64,000 nt of DNA from a virus. Lineage: Duplodnaviria; Caudoviricetes. The DNA is taken from the IMG/VR virus record IMGVR_UViG_3300050343_000159; one strand, 5' to 3'. Below are positions 28,070-39,993 of this stretch, piece after piece (within the stretch, counting starts at the first letter, position 1; each line of letters opens with the position of its first letter). The notes below the pieces were generated by a model. The model was not told where the DNA came from. It did not search any database and worked only from the letters and a program-made list of their open reading frames with translations. The position numbers and the translations under genes are program-made.

Positions 28070-28101
28070 TACCTAGGATAAAAAATCCTGGGTATTTTTT
28101 T
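28070..28101. terminator. Terminator between the convergent gp32 and gp53
   Basis: TACCTAGGAT-AAAAA-ATCCTGGGTA followed by a T-run. Confidence 0.7.
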
Positions 28102-28114
28102 GCCCTATTACTTT

Positions 28115-28782
28115 TTATTGATACAATCTGATGTTGTCACCACGGACAAGTGATCTACCAATGTATTGAGTACTACCTTCTTTATATGGCATCAGTTGTT
28201 CGATCTCATTGAGAATCAAGGAAGATGTAATCTGATCTGAGTAGATAGATATTCTTTTCTTTTCTTGTATCTATCTTCATATACAAGATTGGATACCTCA
28301 CCTGTAACATTAGTTGCAATTTTTTCAACACCATTATCAAAGTAAGTGATTGAAAAATCTTGTGGTACTTCTAATCCTTTAGGAAGAATTACATTCTTAT
28401 TTGTATCAAGAACCTCTATTGTTTCATAGTGATGAACACCATACATGTTTTCATAAGAACCATACTTATTCATCAGATAATTGTTGTATGAGATCTGATC
28501 CATAGGCCACTCTGTCTGTAGATTGATAATATTATTGGAAAGCATTACCAACCAATCAAGATTAGAGTCTTCATATACCTTATAAGCTACAGAGTCAGGT
28601 CTCTCTTGATTTTTAATGGTATACTTATTGAAGAATGTGAGATCACCAAAGATTTCATCAGACAGTTTTACTCTCTTGAAGAGGTTCTTTGTCTTAACAT
28701 AATCATTAATAAGTTTTGAATTAGGAAGACGACTTACATAGTCGAAGTCTGGTACATGTTTGAAATAAGTTTTGCTAGCCAT
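28115..28782 (-). CDS. gp53 baseplate wedge subunit (indel near 28250)
   Basis: YFKHVPDFDY, ERPDSVAYKVYEDSNLDWLVMLSNNI, C-terminus LVRGDNIRLYQ. Confidence 0.85.
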
Positions 28783-30144
28783 TAGAATCCAGTGCCTCCT
28801 GCATTTTGTTGTTCGTCTGCGTAGATAGGAACGATTTCTTGGAACGTCATAGTTACATCGTATCCAGTCATACCACCATCTTGATATGTCATGTAACTAT
28901 TATCTGGAGTGTATAGTTAACATTGAACCCTGATAACATACAAGGTTTCATCCTATTCATAAATGGGTGATCTTCTCCACTATTGTGGATGTATTTGATA
29001 GTGAAGATGTTTGGAGTGAGTAGGAACATCTCTGTAGCTGATCTTTGAACAGCCATATTTCTTTTAAAGATTCTAATAATCTCTTTAACTGCTACTGATT
29101 CATCTTCAAATCTAGGTCTAAACTGAAAAGCGAAATTAAAAGTTCTCAGGTTTGGACCTTTGAATAACAACTCCATATTTGGATTGAGAACAGAACCTGT
29201 GGCTCTAGTAAGAAGACCTGGAGCCTGTGCTGCTTGTCCAGCAAAATAAGCTATAATAGCAGACTTGTTTTCTCCTGTCTGCTTTTAGAAGTTTATCTAA
29301 TTCTTCTTTACTTTGACTAGCAAATGTTTAAGTGACCAGCAACCATTCCTTCACCACTAGTACATTCAGAGTATCAAGTGCAATTCTTCCAGCAGCTGCT
29401 TGAATTGCATTCATACTATCAGCACCAAAACCAACAGAGTTAGATTCTTCTCTTCCAGGTAACATTGGGAGACTGATAGTTTCCAATGCTCCACCTACTC
29501 TTTCTGTCCACTTGAAGTAGTTAATTGATCAATATTTCCAGCAGCTTTATATTCATGAGCTGTGAATGTAACAAAATCATATCCAAGATTTGGAATTTGT
29601 CCCAGTGGATATCTTAGATTCTGTCCAGCGACAGAACCAATAGGTTTTTCTGATATCGGTCTTAATTCAAAACTATTACTACCACCTTCATCTTCTCCTT
29701 GATTTTTATCAGGATCTCTACACTACTACCCTGACTATTATTCTTCTCACCTGTTTCTGGATTCTTTACACCTGGTATTCCATTCTCAGAAAAAGATACT
29801 TGATTTCTTACAGCTCCTGATATGCCACTATAGTTTTCATCGTTGTTTAGAACAGCAGCTCTGTCATTATTGAATAACTTTGTTCCTTCTGTAAAAAACT
29901 TTTTATTAAAATCTTCTTGTGTAAGAGCAGGTTTGCCCTGAGTTCTTTGTTTGTTATTATATCTGCGACGAAATCCTGCTTGATCATTGTAAGACCACTT
30001 TCCTTTTGCATCACCAGTCGCTAAAAGATCTCCCTGAATTCCAAGAAAGGAACCAGATCTAAGTTCGATAACACCAGTGTCGGTATCAGTGGTTTCTTCT
30101 ACTGGTAGACCATTCCAAACTCTAGTGGTCTTAACTTTGGCCAT
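28782..30144 (-). CDS. gp48 baseplate tail-tube cap (several indels)
   Basis: NPNMELLFKGPNLRTFNFAFQF.PR, MKPCMLSGFNVNY. Confidence 0.75.
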
Positions 30145-30156
30145 TTGGATTATACC

Positions 30157-30552
30157 TTACGAGTTATTTATCTTGTAGTTTTGATATGGAATACTTCTCA
30201 GGTCTTCCAACTCTGATGGATACACTAGGTATGGGTTAGTAACTAGTTCTTCCCAAGTATAATTACGATAGTCTCCCCAGTGATAATTGATACCTGAGAA
30301 CCCCCACTGATATACACCAGTACAAGCTATGAGAGGATTTGAATCATATTCAATCCTAGGTGTCTTTGGTTTATAGGAGAAGGTGTAGTATGCACCAACC
30401 TGTGGTATTGGTGCAGGTGTATCAGTAAGAAGAGTGAGGATGGCTTCCATCATTCTGTCAGATTCTCTTAAAATTCTGACATCATCTACGAGGCCGTTTA
30501 TTCGACTGTCTTCTCCGTTGTACTCCTCCAGATCCAGTGCGTCTACTATCAT
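30157..30552 (-). CDS. Hypothetical protein, possibly gp2-like DNA end protector
   Basis: YYTFSYKPKTP..YDSNPLI...GINYHW resembles the gp2 core; adjacent to gp4. Confidence 0.4.
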   Translation of the reverse strand: MIVDALDLEEYNGEDSRINGLVDDVRILRESDRMMEAILTLLTDTPAPIPQVGAYYTFSYKPKTPRIEYDSNPLIACTGVYQWGFSGINYHWGDYRNYTWEELVTNPYLVYPSELEDLRSIPYQNYKINNS

Positions 30553-30997
30553 GTTGTTTGATACCTAACTCATCCTCTGTGATGATTCTAAATTCAATAC
30601 CATTATCTTTAGCAAACTCTGTAGCTGCTGCCCACTTAGCCATATTCTTTTCATACATTGAAGCTTCATAAAGAAATGATTTGGTAACACGAACACCTGG
30701 TTTGGGTGGTTGTGTTTGTTTCTTTGGTTTAACTTCTATAATTTGTTTCTTTACCTTACCAGATGAATCACGAAATTCAATCAGATAGTCTGGATAATAT
30801 CTATGTAATCTATTATCTACTGGTGAGATATAGGGGATACTAAACTCTTCTGAAGCCCACCTAAGTATGTTGGGATTGGTATCACACCACTTACAAAACA
30901 CCCTTTCCCATGAGGAACGACAGATGATGTTATTGGGATTGCCTTGATACTTCTCAGGGTGAGAAGGTTTATACTTTGACTTTACGAATTGTCCCAA
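30482..30997 (-). CDS. gp4 head-completion nuclease
   Basis: YKPSHPEKYQGNPNNIICRSSWER, WASEE..IPY, YYPD, IEVKP. Confidence 0.9.
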   Translation of the reverse strand: MGQFVKSKYKPSHPEKYQGNPNNIICRSSWERVFCKWCDTNPNILRWASEEFSIPYISPVDNRLHRYYPDYLIEFRDSSGKVKKQIIEVKPKKQTQPPKPGVRVTKSFLYEASMYEKNMAKWAAATEFAKDNGIEFRIITEDELGIKQHDSRRTGSGGVQRRRQSNKRPRR

Positions 30998-31028
30998 AAC
31001 TCATATACATAGTAATAGTAATCAAGTA

Positions 31029-31036
31029 TATTTATA
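31029..31036 (-). promoter_or_regulatory. T4-type late promoter
   Basis: TATAAATA on the minus strand upstream of gp4. Confidence 0.7.
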
Positions 31037-31037
31037 G

Positions 31038-31702
31038 ATGGCTATCGGACCCATCAAAACATCAGAACTGAAGAGTCGTATACTTCAGTCTTGCTCAGAC
31101 ATCCGTATATCAAATCAAGTTATCACCTCCTGATGCTGTCCTAAGACTCACCTTAACTTGAATGGATTTAATTATGATAATGATGGTGAGGATATAGAAC
31201 TGTTATGTAATAGTGCTGTGTTACCTGGAACTAGTTTGTCAACACATGAAGTGATTGGTGATTACCAAGGTGTTCGTGAGAGGATGGCCTATCGCCGTCA
31301 GTATGATGATACAGTTGATCTAACATTCTATGTTGATCATGACTACAAGGTTGTAGATTTCTTTGATGGTTGGATTGATTATATTTCTGGACAAGGGAAT
31401 GGTCAGAGACTAAGTAATACTAATGCAAGGAAGTTTGGAGCAAACTACAGGATGAATTATCCTGCTAGTTATAAAACTAATATGTATATTGTCAAGTTTG
31501 AAAAAGATGTATCGACAGTTCGAGAGTATTTGAATCTGATGATGACATCATATCAACTGACATATACACTAGTCAATGCCTTTCCCTCAACATTATTAGT
31601 ACTCCTATTTCATATGAGGGAAGTCAGATTCTTAAGTATTCAGTATCAATGAGTATGCAGAGATATACAATTGATAAATCTCAAATTGTCGCTCTAGTTT
31701 GA
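31038..31702 (+). CDS. gp54/tail-tube-initiator-like protein (indels)
   Basis: LLCNSAVLPG..L.T, R.YDDTVDLTFYVD, FFDGWIDYI, YTLVNAFP. Confidence 0.65.
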
Positions 31703-31737
31703 CCGATAAATATACACACTGAGGTTTTTAGAATATT

Positions 31738-32457
31738 ATGCCTTTACCAAAAATTGCAACACCTACCTATGAGTTGGTGTTACCTTCTACAAAGAAGACT
31801 ATTAGCTATCGTCCTTTCCTTGTGAAGGAAGAGAAACTTCTTGTTCTTGCTTTAGAAAGTGAAGATAGTAAACAGATCACAACTGCAGTTAAGGCTGTAA
31901 TTAAAAATTGTGTGACAACAAGAGGTGTCAAAGTAGAACAACTACCTACATTTGATATTGAGTATCTGTTCCTCAACATTCGTGGTAAGTCTGTTGGTGA
32001 AGAAGTAGAAGTCAACATCACTGCCCCTGATGATGGTGAGACACAGATCCCTGTAACTATTTCTCTTGATGAGATTAAAGTTGTAGAGAGTGAAGATCAC
32101 AACAAACAGATCAAACTTGATGATGAGTTGATGATGGAGATGAGGTATCCTTCATTGGATCAGTTCATTAAGAACAACTTCTCTGATACTGATGAGTTGA
32201 ATATTGAGAAATCATTTGAACTGGTGGCAAGTTGTATTGATAAGATCTACAATGAAGATGAAGTATGGTCTACTTCTGACTGTACTAAGAAAGAAGTTGT
32301 TGAATTCCTTGAGGGTATGAACTCAATTCAATTTAAACAGATTGAGAAGTTCTTTGAGACAATGCCTAAACTTTCACATACAGTTGAGGTAGTCAATCCT
32401 AAAACTAAAGAGAAGAGTACTATCGTATTAGAAGGTCTCTCAAGTTTTTTCGCGTAG
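31738..32457 (+). CDS. Baseplate hub subunit/chaperone (usually annotated gp26 in cyanophages)
   Basis: MPLPKIATPTYEL, YRPFLVKEEK.L, FDIEYLFLNIRGKSVGE, FFETMPKL. Confidence 0.88.
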   Translation: MPLPKIATPTYELVLPSTKKTISYRPFLVKEEKLLVLALESEDSKQITTAVKAVIKNCVTTRGVKVEQLPTFDIEYLFLNIRGKSVGEEVEVNITAPDDGETQIPVTISLDEIKVVESEDHNKQIKLDDELMMEMRYPSLDQFIKNNFSDTDELNIEKSFELVASCIDKIYNEDEVWSTSDCTKKEVVEFLEGMNSIQFKQIEKFFETMPKLSHTVEVVNPKTKEKSTIVLEGLSSFFA

Positions 32458-32459
32458 CC

Positions 32460-32633
32460 ATGATCCACATGGATCTTGAGGCTTATTTTAAACTCAACTT
32501 CGCTTTGATGCAGTACCATAAATACTCATTGACAGAGATTGAAAATATGATGCCTTGGGAGCGTGATGTTTATGTCGCACTTCTCCAACAACACCTTGAG
32601 GAAGAAGAAGAAAAGGCTAAACAGAGGAGTTAA
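32460..32633 (+). CDS. gp51-like baseplate hub assembly protein (57 aa; missed by the ORF track)
   Basis: YFKLNFALMQYHKYSLTEIENMMPWERDVYVALL. Confidence 0.8.
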   Translation: MIHMDLEAYFKLNFALMQYHKYSLTEIENMMPWERDVYVALLQQHLEEEEEKAKQRS

Positions 32634-35336
32634 TGGCTTTAACAATCTACGAAGGAATTAAAGATGATCAACAAGTCGATGAGAATATCGATGAGGAGAT
32701 CCTTCGCCTTCTTGGATTGGAAGATGTAAGTGACTTAGATTATGATGAATATAAAACTCTTCTGAAGGAGAGGATGGCTGCCGGTAGAATGCCAGGTAAT
32801 GATATCCCTACAGAAGATACAGAAAGACTTACGGAAGAATTCAAAAGAGTAAAGAAAGAGACTGGTAAATTTAAGGTAAAGAATAATAAGATCAAGTTTA
32901 ATTCTGTAGTTAAAGCAACAGAAAAAATCAAGACCAGTATCTAATCCTACCAAGACATTGATGGGTAGTGATGTAGAACCTGAAGAAAAAGAAACTGAAG
33001 TTGAAGGTGAACCACAAGAAATGATGGGGTTTCTCACTGCAGTGGTGGCTCCTAGTCTCTCAAAGATTGAAACAAGTCTTTTTAATATTCTTTCAAATCT
33101 AAGTAGTCAGCAACAAGCAGAAGATAAAGCCTCAGAAAAGGGTAGAGTTGCTGGTCAGAAGGCAAAGAAAAGAGATAAGGAAGAGAAACAAGAGTCAGGA
33201 AAAGGTCTCTTAGATGGTTTGGGAAATATAGGCAAGAAAGTTTTATCACCTCTGTCTGGTCTTTTTAGTTCTATCTTTAAGTTTCTTTATAATATTGTTC
33301 TTGGTATGTTGGCACTTGGGGTGCTTGAGTTCCTGAAAGATCCTGGTAAGATATTCAGAGATATTGGTAATTCAATTATTGATTTCTTCAATGGGTTTAT
33401 AAAAAGTATATTTGATATTATATTTTTCCCCTATGAATACTTTTATCAACTTATTAAATGGTTCTATCAATGAATTTGAGTTTGCTATAAACAATACTAT
33501 AGGTAAGATACCTGGTATTCCTGATCTCAAACTTCCAGACATTCCAAATATAGAAGCCCCACAGATACCAAGGATTGAACCTCCCCAGAGAAGACTGAAA
33601 AACCAAAAGATCCTGCATCAAAAGTACCTATTCCTGCAACTGCCATGGCAGGTGGTGGCGAAGTTACTAATGTCACCAATAATAATACTACCAATAATAA
33701 TATTATTGATGGTAATACCAATAAGTATTACCAACTTATGGAAGGTGGTGGTAAAGTTAGAACTGATAGTGGAGAGAAGGTTACAGGTGCTGGTCCTGAT
33801 ACACAACTGGTAGCACTCCAACCTGGTGAATTGTGATGCAGGTAGATGCTTATGGAAAGACAGATAGACTCTACTGGGTATGAACGCAGCTGCTGGTGGA
33901 ACTAATGCCAATCACCTAAGATGGCAAAGGTTCAGAGTGCCTCTGGTGGAGGGTTGATTCCTGCTATGTCTGGTGGTGGTTATGTTGGAGCGAGTAATGT
34001 TGTTGACACTGGATATCAAGACTACAAAGGTAGGCCAGTTATGTTGGCACCACCTGCAGCATCTGCATTCAAACAGATGGTTAGTGATGGAATGCCATAC
34101 AATCCTGCTGATGTCGCAAATGTTTATAGAGACAAAGCTGAGTACAATAGATTAAAAAGTCAAGGATATAGTCCAGCTTCAAATAGTTTCCACAACCATG
34201 GTGAAGCTGCTGATATTCATGGTGCAATGAACACCTGGATTAGAAAAAATGGTGCTAAGTATGGGTGGAGAGCTAATGATTATAGTGGATCACATGGTGG
34301 TCACTTTGAATACAAAGGTGGTGGTAGTGGTAAAACTCAAGTAGATCCTCAAGAGACTGTAACAGGTAAACCTAAATCATCTAGTGGTGGAGGAGGAAGT
34401 AGTAAAGGAAGATGGGGTCCTATTCTTGACCTAATCGCTGAAGGGGAATCAGATACATCTGGTGGATATGATGCTATGAATCCTGGTAGAAATACAAAAG
34501 CTGAGGGTAAACCAATCACTCAGATGACTATGAAACAGGTCAGAGATATGGCTATGAGTTCTACCAAGGGAACAGGTGCAGCTGGTAGGTATCAAATTAT
34601 GCCAGTATATAATGGTGTGAATGTATTCAAACAATTAGTAGAGTCTGTTGGTCTAAACTATGAGACAGATTTATTCTCACCTGCAAATCAGGACAAGATG
34701 GGAATCTATCGTTTAGCAGTGACCAGAGGAGGAAATGATTGGTTATCTGGTAAGATGTCAGATGAAGCTTTTGGTAAAGGAATATCTTATGAGTGGGCAG
34801 CACTCAAGAGTAAGTCTGGTGGTGCCTATGATGGTGATGGTAGAAATAAATCTACCATTGGATATAATAGAGTACTCAAAGCAATGGGTGATGTAAAGAG
34901 TGGTAAGGGTGTTAGTACAGAAGATTTGAGAACTCCAAATCAGACACCTGGATCTTCTGGACTACCTCAAGTAGACACTTCAACACCTTTGCGCCCGCAT
35001 GGACATTCTCACCCATTGCTGAGATGGCAGGAACACCTGGTGCTAATAATCAATCATCAGGACCAAGTACCTCAGACTCTGGCTGTTCCAAGTATGACAC
35101 CTGGTAGTTCTTCACTACCAATAGTATCACCTAAAGTAAAACCATCATCAAGATCTAACATACAACCACCCAAGTCTCGAACTGGATCAGGTGGTATTGT
35201 TCCTATACCTATACCAGGACAAAAACAACCAACTTCTAGTTCTGGTGGAAACCAAACAGATGCACCTATGTTCCCATCAACAGATCAGAATAATCCAGAG
35301 TTGTTGGTCATCAAATCCATTTATAATATCGTATAA
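32633..35336 (+). CDS. Large tail-associated protein with M15-type peptidase and lysozyme-like domains (fragmented by indels)
   Basis: SNSFHNHGEAADI..WIRKNGAKYGW...GGHFEY (M15); ILDLIAEGES..GGYDAMN...AAGRYQIMP (lysozyme-like); repeated MAGGG motifs. Confidence 0.7.
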
Positions 35337-38300
35337 TGGCTGTAATATCAGGATCTATAGCGGCAATCGCAGCCGCATCTAAAGTCTTGGCCGGAACGAT
35401 GACCAAGAAGGCAGTGATGGATGGTGCCAAGAAGTTTATAAAAGGTAAGGCTAAGAATGCTGTAAAGAATAGAGTTACTGGTAAGGGTAGAAAGAAAAAG
35501 AAAGGAAAGGGTGGAGAAGGTGGAACTGATGAACCTGGTGCAATCACAAAGGTTGGTCCATCTGATATCATACCAACATCACCTATGTTTGGTGGGTTGG
35601 CTCTTCCTGATCCTGTAGAACCAAAAGTTCAAACAGTAAAACCAGTAGGTAAGGTTTCATTCACATCCATCACTAATCAGTTGGATAGTATTGTATCTCT
35701 CACTGGATCAATTGAATCTGTTACTGGAAAAGGTATTGCGTCCAAGAAGAAGAGGGCAGCTACTGCAAGAAAGGATAGAGAGAAGGCAAAGAAGAGAGAG
35801 AAGGAGAATAAGAGAGAGGGTATTCTGGCTGGTGTTGGTGGTTTCTTATTGAACCAAGGTAAAAAAGCTGGTGAAGGGTTAGGTATCTTTAACTTCTTTA
35901 CACAGTTATTCTTAGGGTTTGTTGCACTCTCATTACTCAAGTTTGCCAGACCAATCATGTCTGGTATTGAGTTTGCAACTAAAAATCTTCACCTAACATT
36001 CTTAGGATTTAAAGGTCTGAATGAAACATTCAAACTACTTGGACCTAAGGTATCTAAGTTCTTCAAAGATGGTCTTACTAAGTTAAAGAACTTCAAACCA
36101 AATATCTGGGGTAAGATTGGGAATGGTATTAAGGCTACCTTTAAAGCTCTAAGTAAAGTTCTTCCTGGTTTTATTACTAGGGGAGTAGAGAAGATTGCTG
36201 ATATATCCAAGGCAATCGGTAATGCAGCAAAGGCAGCAGGTAGAGCTGCTACATTCAATACAAGAACACAACAACTAGGAAGAACATCAGGAGCATTAGA
36301 TAGACTTACTAATAGAGGTGGTGCTGGTGCTGGTCGTAACCTTGGTATTGGTGAAGGATTTAGAAGACTTCCTGGTGGTTCTGGAAAAATAACCAATACT
36401 CTGAGTAATAAAACCTTACAGATAAGAGCACAGTATGGTGATGAAGCTGCCAGAATGTTCCAAGGCCTGCTTGATAATGGTTTAGATTCTAAAAGAGCAC
36501 TAACAAATGTTAACAAGGCAATAAGTTCAGGCAAACTAACATCTGCCCCTATGAAGGGATCTCTTGGTGGTGGGATAAAAGGAAGCCAACTCTTTAAGGG
36601 TGGTGCTAATAGATCTCTGAACAGAGGTTTGATTAAAACCTTTGGAAAGAATAAGGCCACGAGTTTTATTACCAAACAGGGTGGATTACTGGCAACCAAG
36701 TCAGGTATGTCTAGAATACCTATCATTGGTCCTCTGATTGTTGCTGTCACTACTTACTTTGAAGATGCTGATGGTGATGGTAAACCAGATAAGAACCTTG
36801 ATAAAGCTTTGTTTAAAGCTGGTGGTACCCTGTTGGGTGGTTTCTTAGGAACCTTCCTTCCTATTCCTATTATTGGAACCATCCTTGGTGAGTTGATTGG
36901 TGAGTATGTTGGTGAGTTGTTTTATATACTTACTTAAAGGTGGTGGAATTAGTGAGGTTGGTAACAAGTTAAAAGAAGATATTGCGGCTGTTCTTCAAAC
37001 AGGACAAAAGGTTCTTGGTTGGGCTGGTGATGGTTTTAAGAGAATGTATGAGGGATTGCCAAAGTTGAATATTCCTTTTGTGGATTATGGAATTGTTAAT
37101 TTCCCTGCATTGATGATCAATCCACTACAGATTGCCCCTATTATGATGAAGGCGTTCTTCAGTAGAGATCCAATGTTACCTGGTGACGAAGAGAAAGTAG
37201 AGAAAGTAGATCAAGGAGATCTAACCAATGCCTCTGGACAGACTGGTGTTATGTCAGAACAGGCTAAAGAGATATCCGAAGGTAAATACTATCTTCAACC
37301 GGGAGTTGGATACTTTAGAACTGGTGGAGATGGTGGTTTCGTAGGTAATACTGAAGAGGAAGCCATCAGTAATACTTCTCCTGATAGTCCACCTGCTTCA
37401 ACAGAAAGTAGTTCAACAGATCAGAGTGGTAGTCCCACTATGCAGGGAGATAGACCTGGATCTGATACTGCTGGATTGAAAGCTGTTGCTCCAAGTTCTA
37501 GTCAATCAGTCACACCATACAATGCATCTGGTGGTGATAAGAATAGAAAGATGTTCCTTCACTGGACAGCTGGAGGTCACAATACACCTTACTCTTACTA
37601 TCATACTACCTTCCTTGGTAGTGGTAAGGCTGTGAGATATACACCTTATGGTAAGGATAAAAACTCACACACAGCAGGTGCTAATACTGGTTCTATTGGT
37701 TTGAGTGTCGCTGCTATGTACGGACCAGACAATCAAGACAGAGCATCAACATGGCCTACACCACCCACATCTGCACAGATGGATGCTATGGTTACTGAGG
37801 CGGCACAGATTGCTTTGGATTGGGGTTGGGATGCATCAACTGTTGATAAGAATGTAAGAACTCATGGTGAGTGGGAAAGAGAAGCTACATCTACTGGACG
37901 TATTGTCAGGTGGCCCACAGAGATGGGATCTTGATAAACTAAAACCATCTGATCCTAACATCAATGTTTCTAGAGTATTGAGCCATGGTGGTAATACTAT
38001 GAGATCTAGGATTAAAGCCAAGATGGCCTCACTGAAAGGTGGAGCGGATCCAGAACAGAAGGAAGAGAAAGGATCACCTAATCCCCCACCAACTGTTGCT
38101 AAAGTATCACCAGTTGATCCATCTGAAGAGATGAAGAAACCCGAAAGGTCTGAATACACAGGTAGATCTGGTGCAGCTCAATATGAAAAAGATCTTAAGA
38201 AGTATGAGGCCAGACAGGGTACTCCGGTAAAAGCAGAAGTTACTCCTACAGAAACTATGACTGGTCAAGATGTAAAACCAGTTGATCCTCCTGAGATGAA

Positions 38301-38685
38301 GAAACCTGAAAGATCTGATTACACAGGTAGATCTGGTGCAGCCAAATATGAAGAGGATATGAAAGAGTATAACTCACAACAGAAGGAAGAACCAAAGATC
38401 ACTCCAACTGATACACCAGAAGCTCCAGGTCAAACACCAGAACCATCAACACCTACAATCACACCACAAAAGGCACCAACTCAGAATATTGGTAGTGTTG
38501 AGAAACAAGCTTCATATGAAAACCCTGGCGAAGGGTCACCAACTATTGTTCCATTACCACCCCCACAACAATCATCAGGAGGTGGTGGAGGTGGTAAATC
38601 CTCTACTGGATCAACAGGTTCTGGAAACCTGTTAAATAGTTATTATGAAGCACAACTCTTAGGGTCCTTGTATAAAGTAGGTTAA
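35336..38685 (+). CDS. Large tail-associated protein (tape-measure-like) with an Amidase_2 domain (indels near 36930 and 37900)
   Basis: Long helical/hydrophobic N-terminal half; FLHWTAG...YH...HTAGANTGSIGLSV...HGE amidase Zn ligands; C-terminus YEAQLLGSLYKVG. Confidence 0.7.
38111..38352 (+). repeat. Two-copy coding direct repeat (PVDP.E.MKKPERS.YTGRSGAA.YE)
   Basis: GATGAAGAAACCCGAAAGGTCTGAATACACAGGTAGATCTGGTGCAGC near 38130 and GATGAAGAAACCTGAAAGATCTGATTACACAGGTAGATCTGGTGCAGC near 38296. Confidence 0.9.
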
Positions 38686-39984
38686 TGTCAGAAAAAGATC
38701 TTATCACAACCAGGTAATATTGAACAATTTCAGATCAACTCCAATACTGGAGGTGGATCTGTAGATTTGTCTGCTGGTGTGGTAGATTATAATTATTATG
38801 AGAGTGTTCTTTCAAATACAATATCTGCCAGTGCAACTATTGTTGAAACAGGCAATGAAGCCGATGGTCCTGGTAGAGGATCTTTGGATGGTCTACCCAT
38901 CAGAGGTGGTGAGAGAGCACAGATTAAGATAAGTGATAATCAGGGTGGAACACTAGAGGTTCCTTTGTATGTGAACAGAGCAAGAGATGCTATCCCTGGA
39001 ACACAACAGGACTTGTATGTTCTTGACTTCGCCTCTCAAGAATACTTTGCTAATACACAGACCAGAGTTACTAAAAGATATGAAGGTAAGATATCTGATC
39101 ACATCAGTTCTATTCTAGGTGATGTTCTTCCTGTGTCTGGTGAGGTTGATGTAGATGAAACATCACTGGAGTATAACTTTATTGGTAATGATAGAAAACC
39201 ATTTTATGTTTGCACTTGGTTAGCATCAAAATCTGTTCCTGCACAGGGTGTAGGTGGTGCAGCTGGTTTCTTATTCTTTCAAACCAGAGATGGATTTCAC
39301 TTTAAATCTATTGATAATTTCTTCAGTGGGATCATCAGTAAAGAAGTTTAATTTAACAATAACACTGGTAATAAAGTTAAAGGTAATGATAACAACATTC
39401 TAAACTATACTATTGAAAGTGATACTGAGTTACATCAGAACCTAACACTGGGAACTTATAATAACAAATCAATCTTCTTTGACTTCTTATAATATGAACT
39501 TACAGGAGAAGGTTTCATATAGTATTGAAGCAACAACGAGTGATGTTGAAGGTTGCTGGTCAGAAGGGTGACAAGCTTTAACTTTGTGGCAAAGGAATTC
39601 ACAAGAACACCATCTAGATTTATGACTCACATTCTAGACATTGGTGTGGACCCAAAAGGAACTGGTGATAAACAACTTGATAATCAGAAAGCCAATCCTG
39701 AAGAACCAAATTTCCAAGCTGAAGATACAATGGTTCAGAGTATCATGAGATACAATCACTTGTTCAGTGTAAAGGCACAGATAACTATCGCTGGTGACTT
39801 CAGTATCAAAGCAGGTGACCTAGTTGAATGTGAGTTTTCCTGAGTTGTCCGGTGCTCAATTAACTAATACTAAATGATCAAAGTGGAGGCATATATATGG
39901 TAGCACATGTGTGTCATAGGAATTACACCTGAAAGTTGTTTTACTAGTCTTGGTTTGGTAAGAGATTCTTATGGTAAGAGGTAA
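38685..39984 (+). CDS. Baseplate hub protein, gp27-like (fragmented)
   Basis: YYESVLSNTISA, LPIRGGE, FIGNDRKPFYVCTWLA, FLFFQTRDGFHFKSID; position before gp5. Confidence 0.65.
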
Positions 39985-39993
39985 GCATTTTTA

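Noticed and set aside
35989-36750. 253-aa minus-strand ORF inside the tape-measure-like gene
   Set aside because: It is an antisense shadow caused by the biased codon usage of the plus-strand gene
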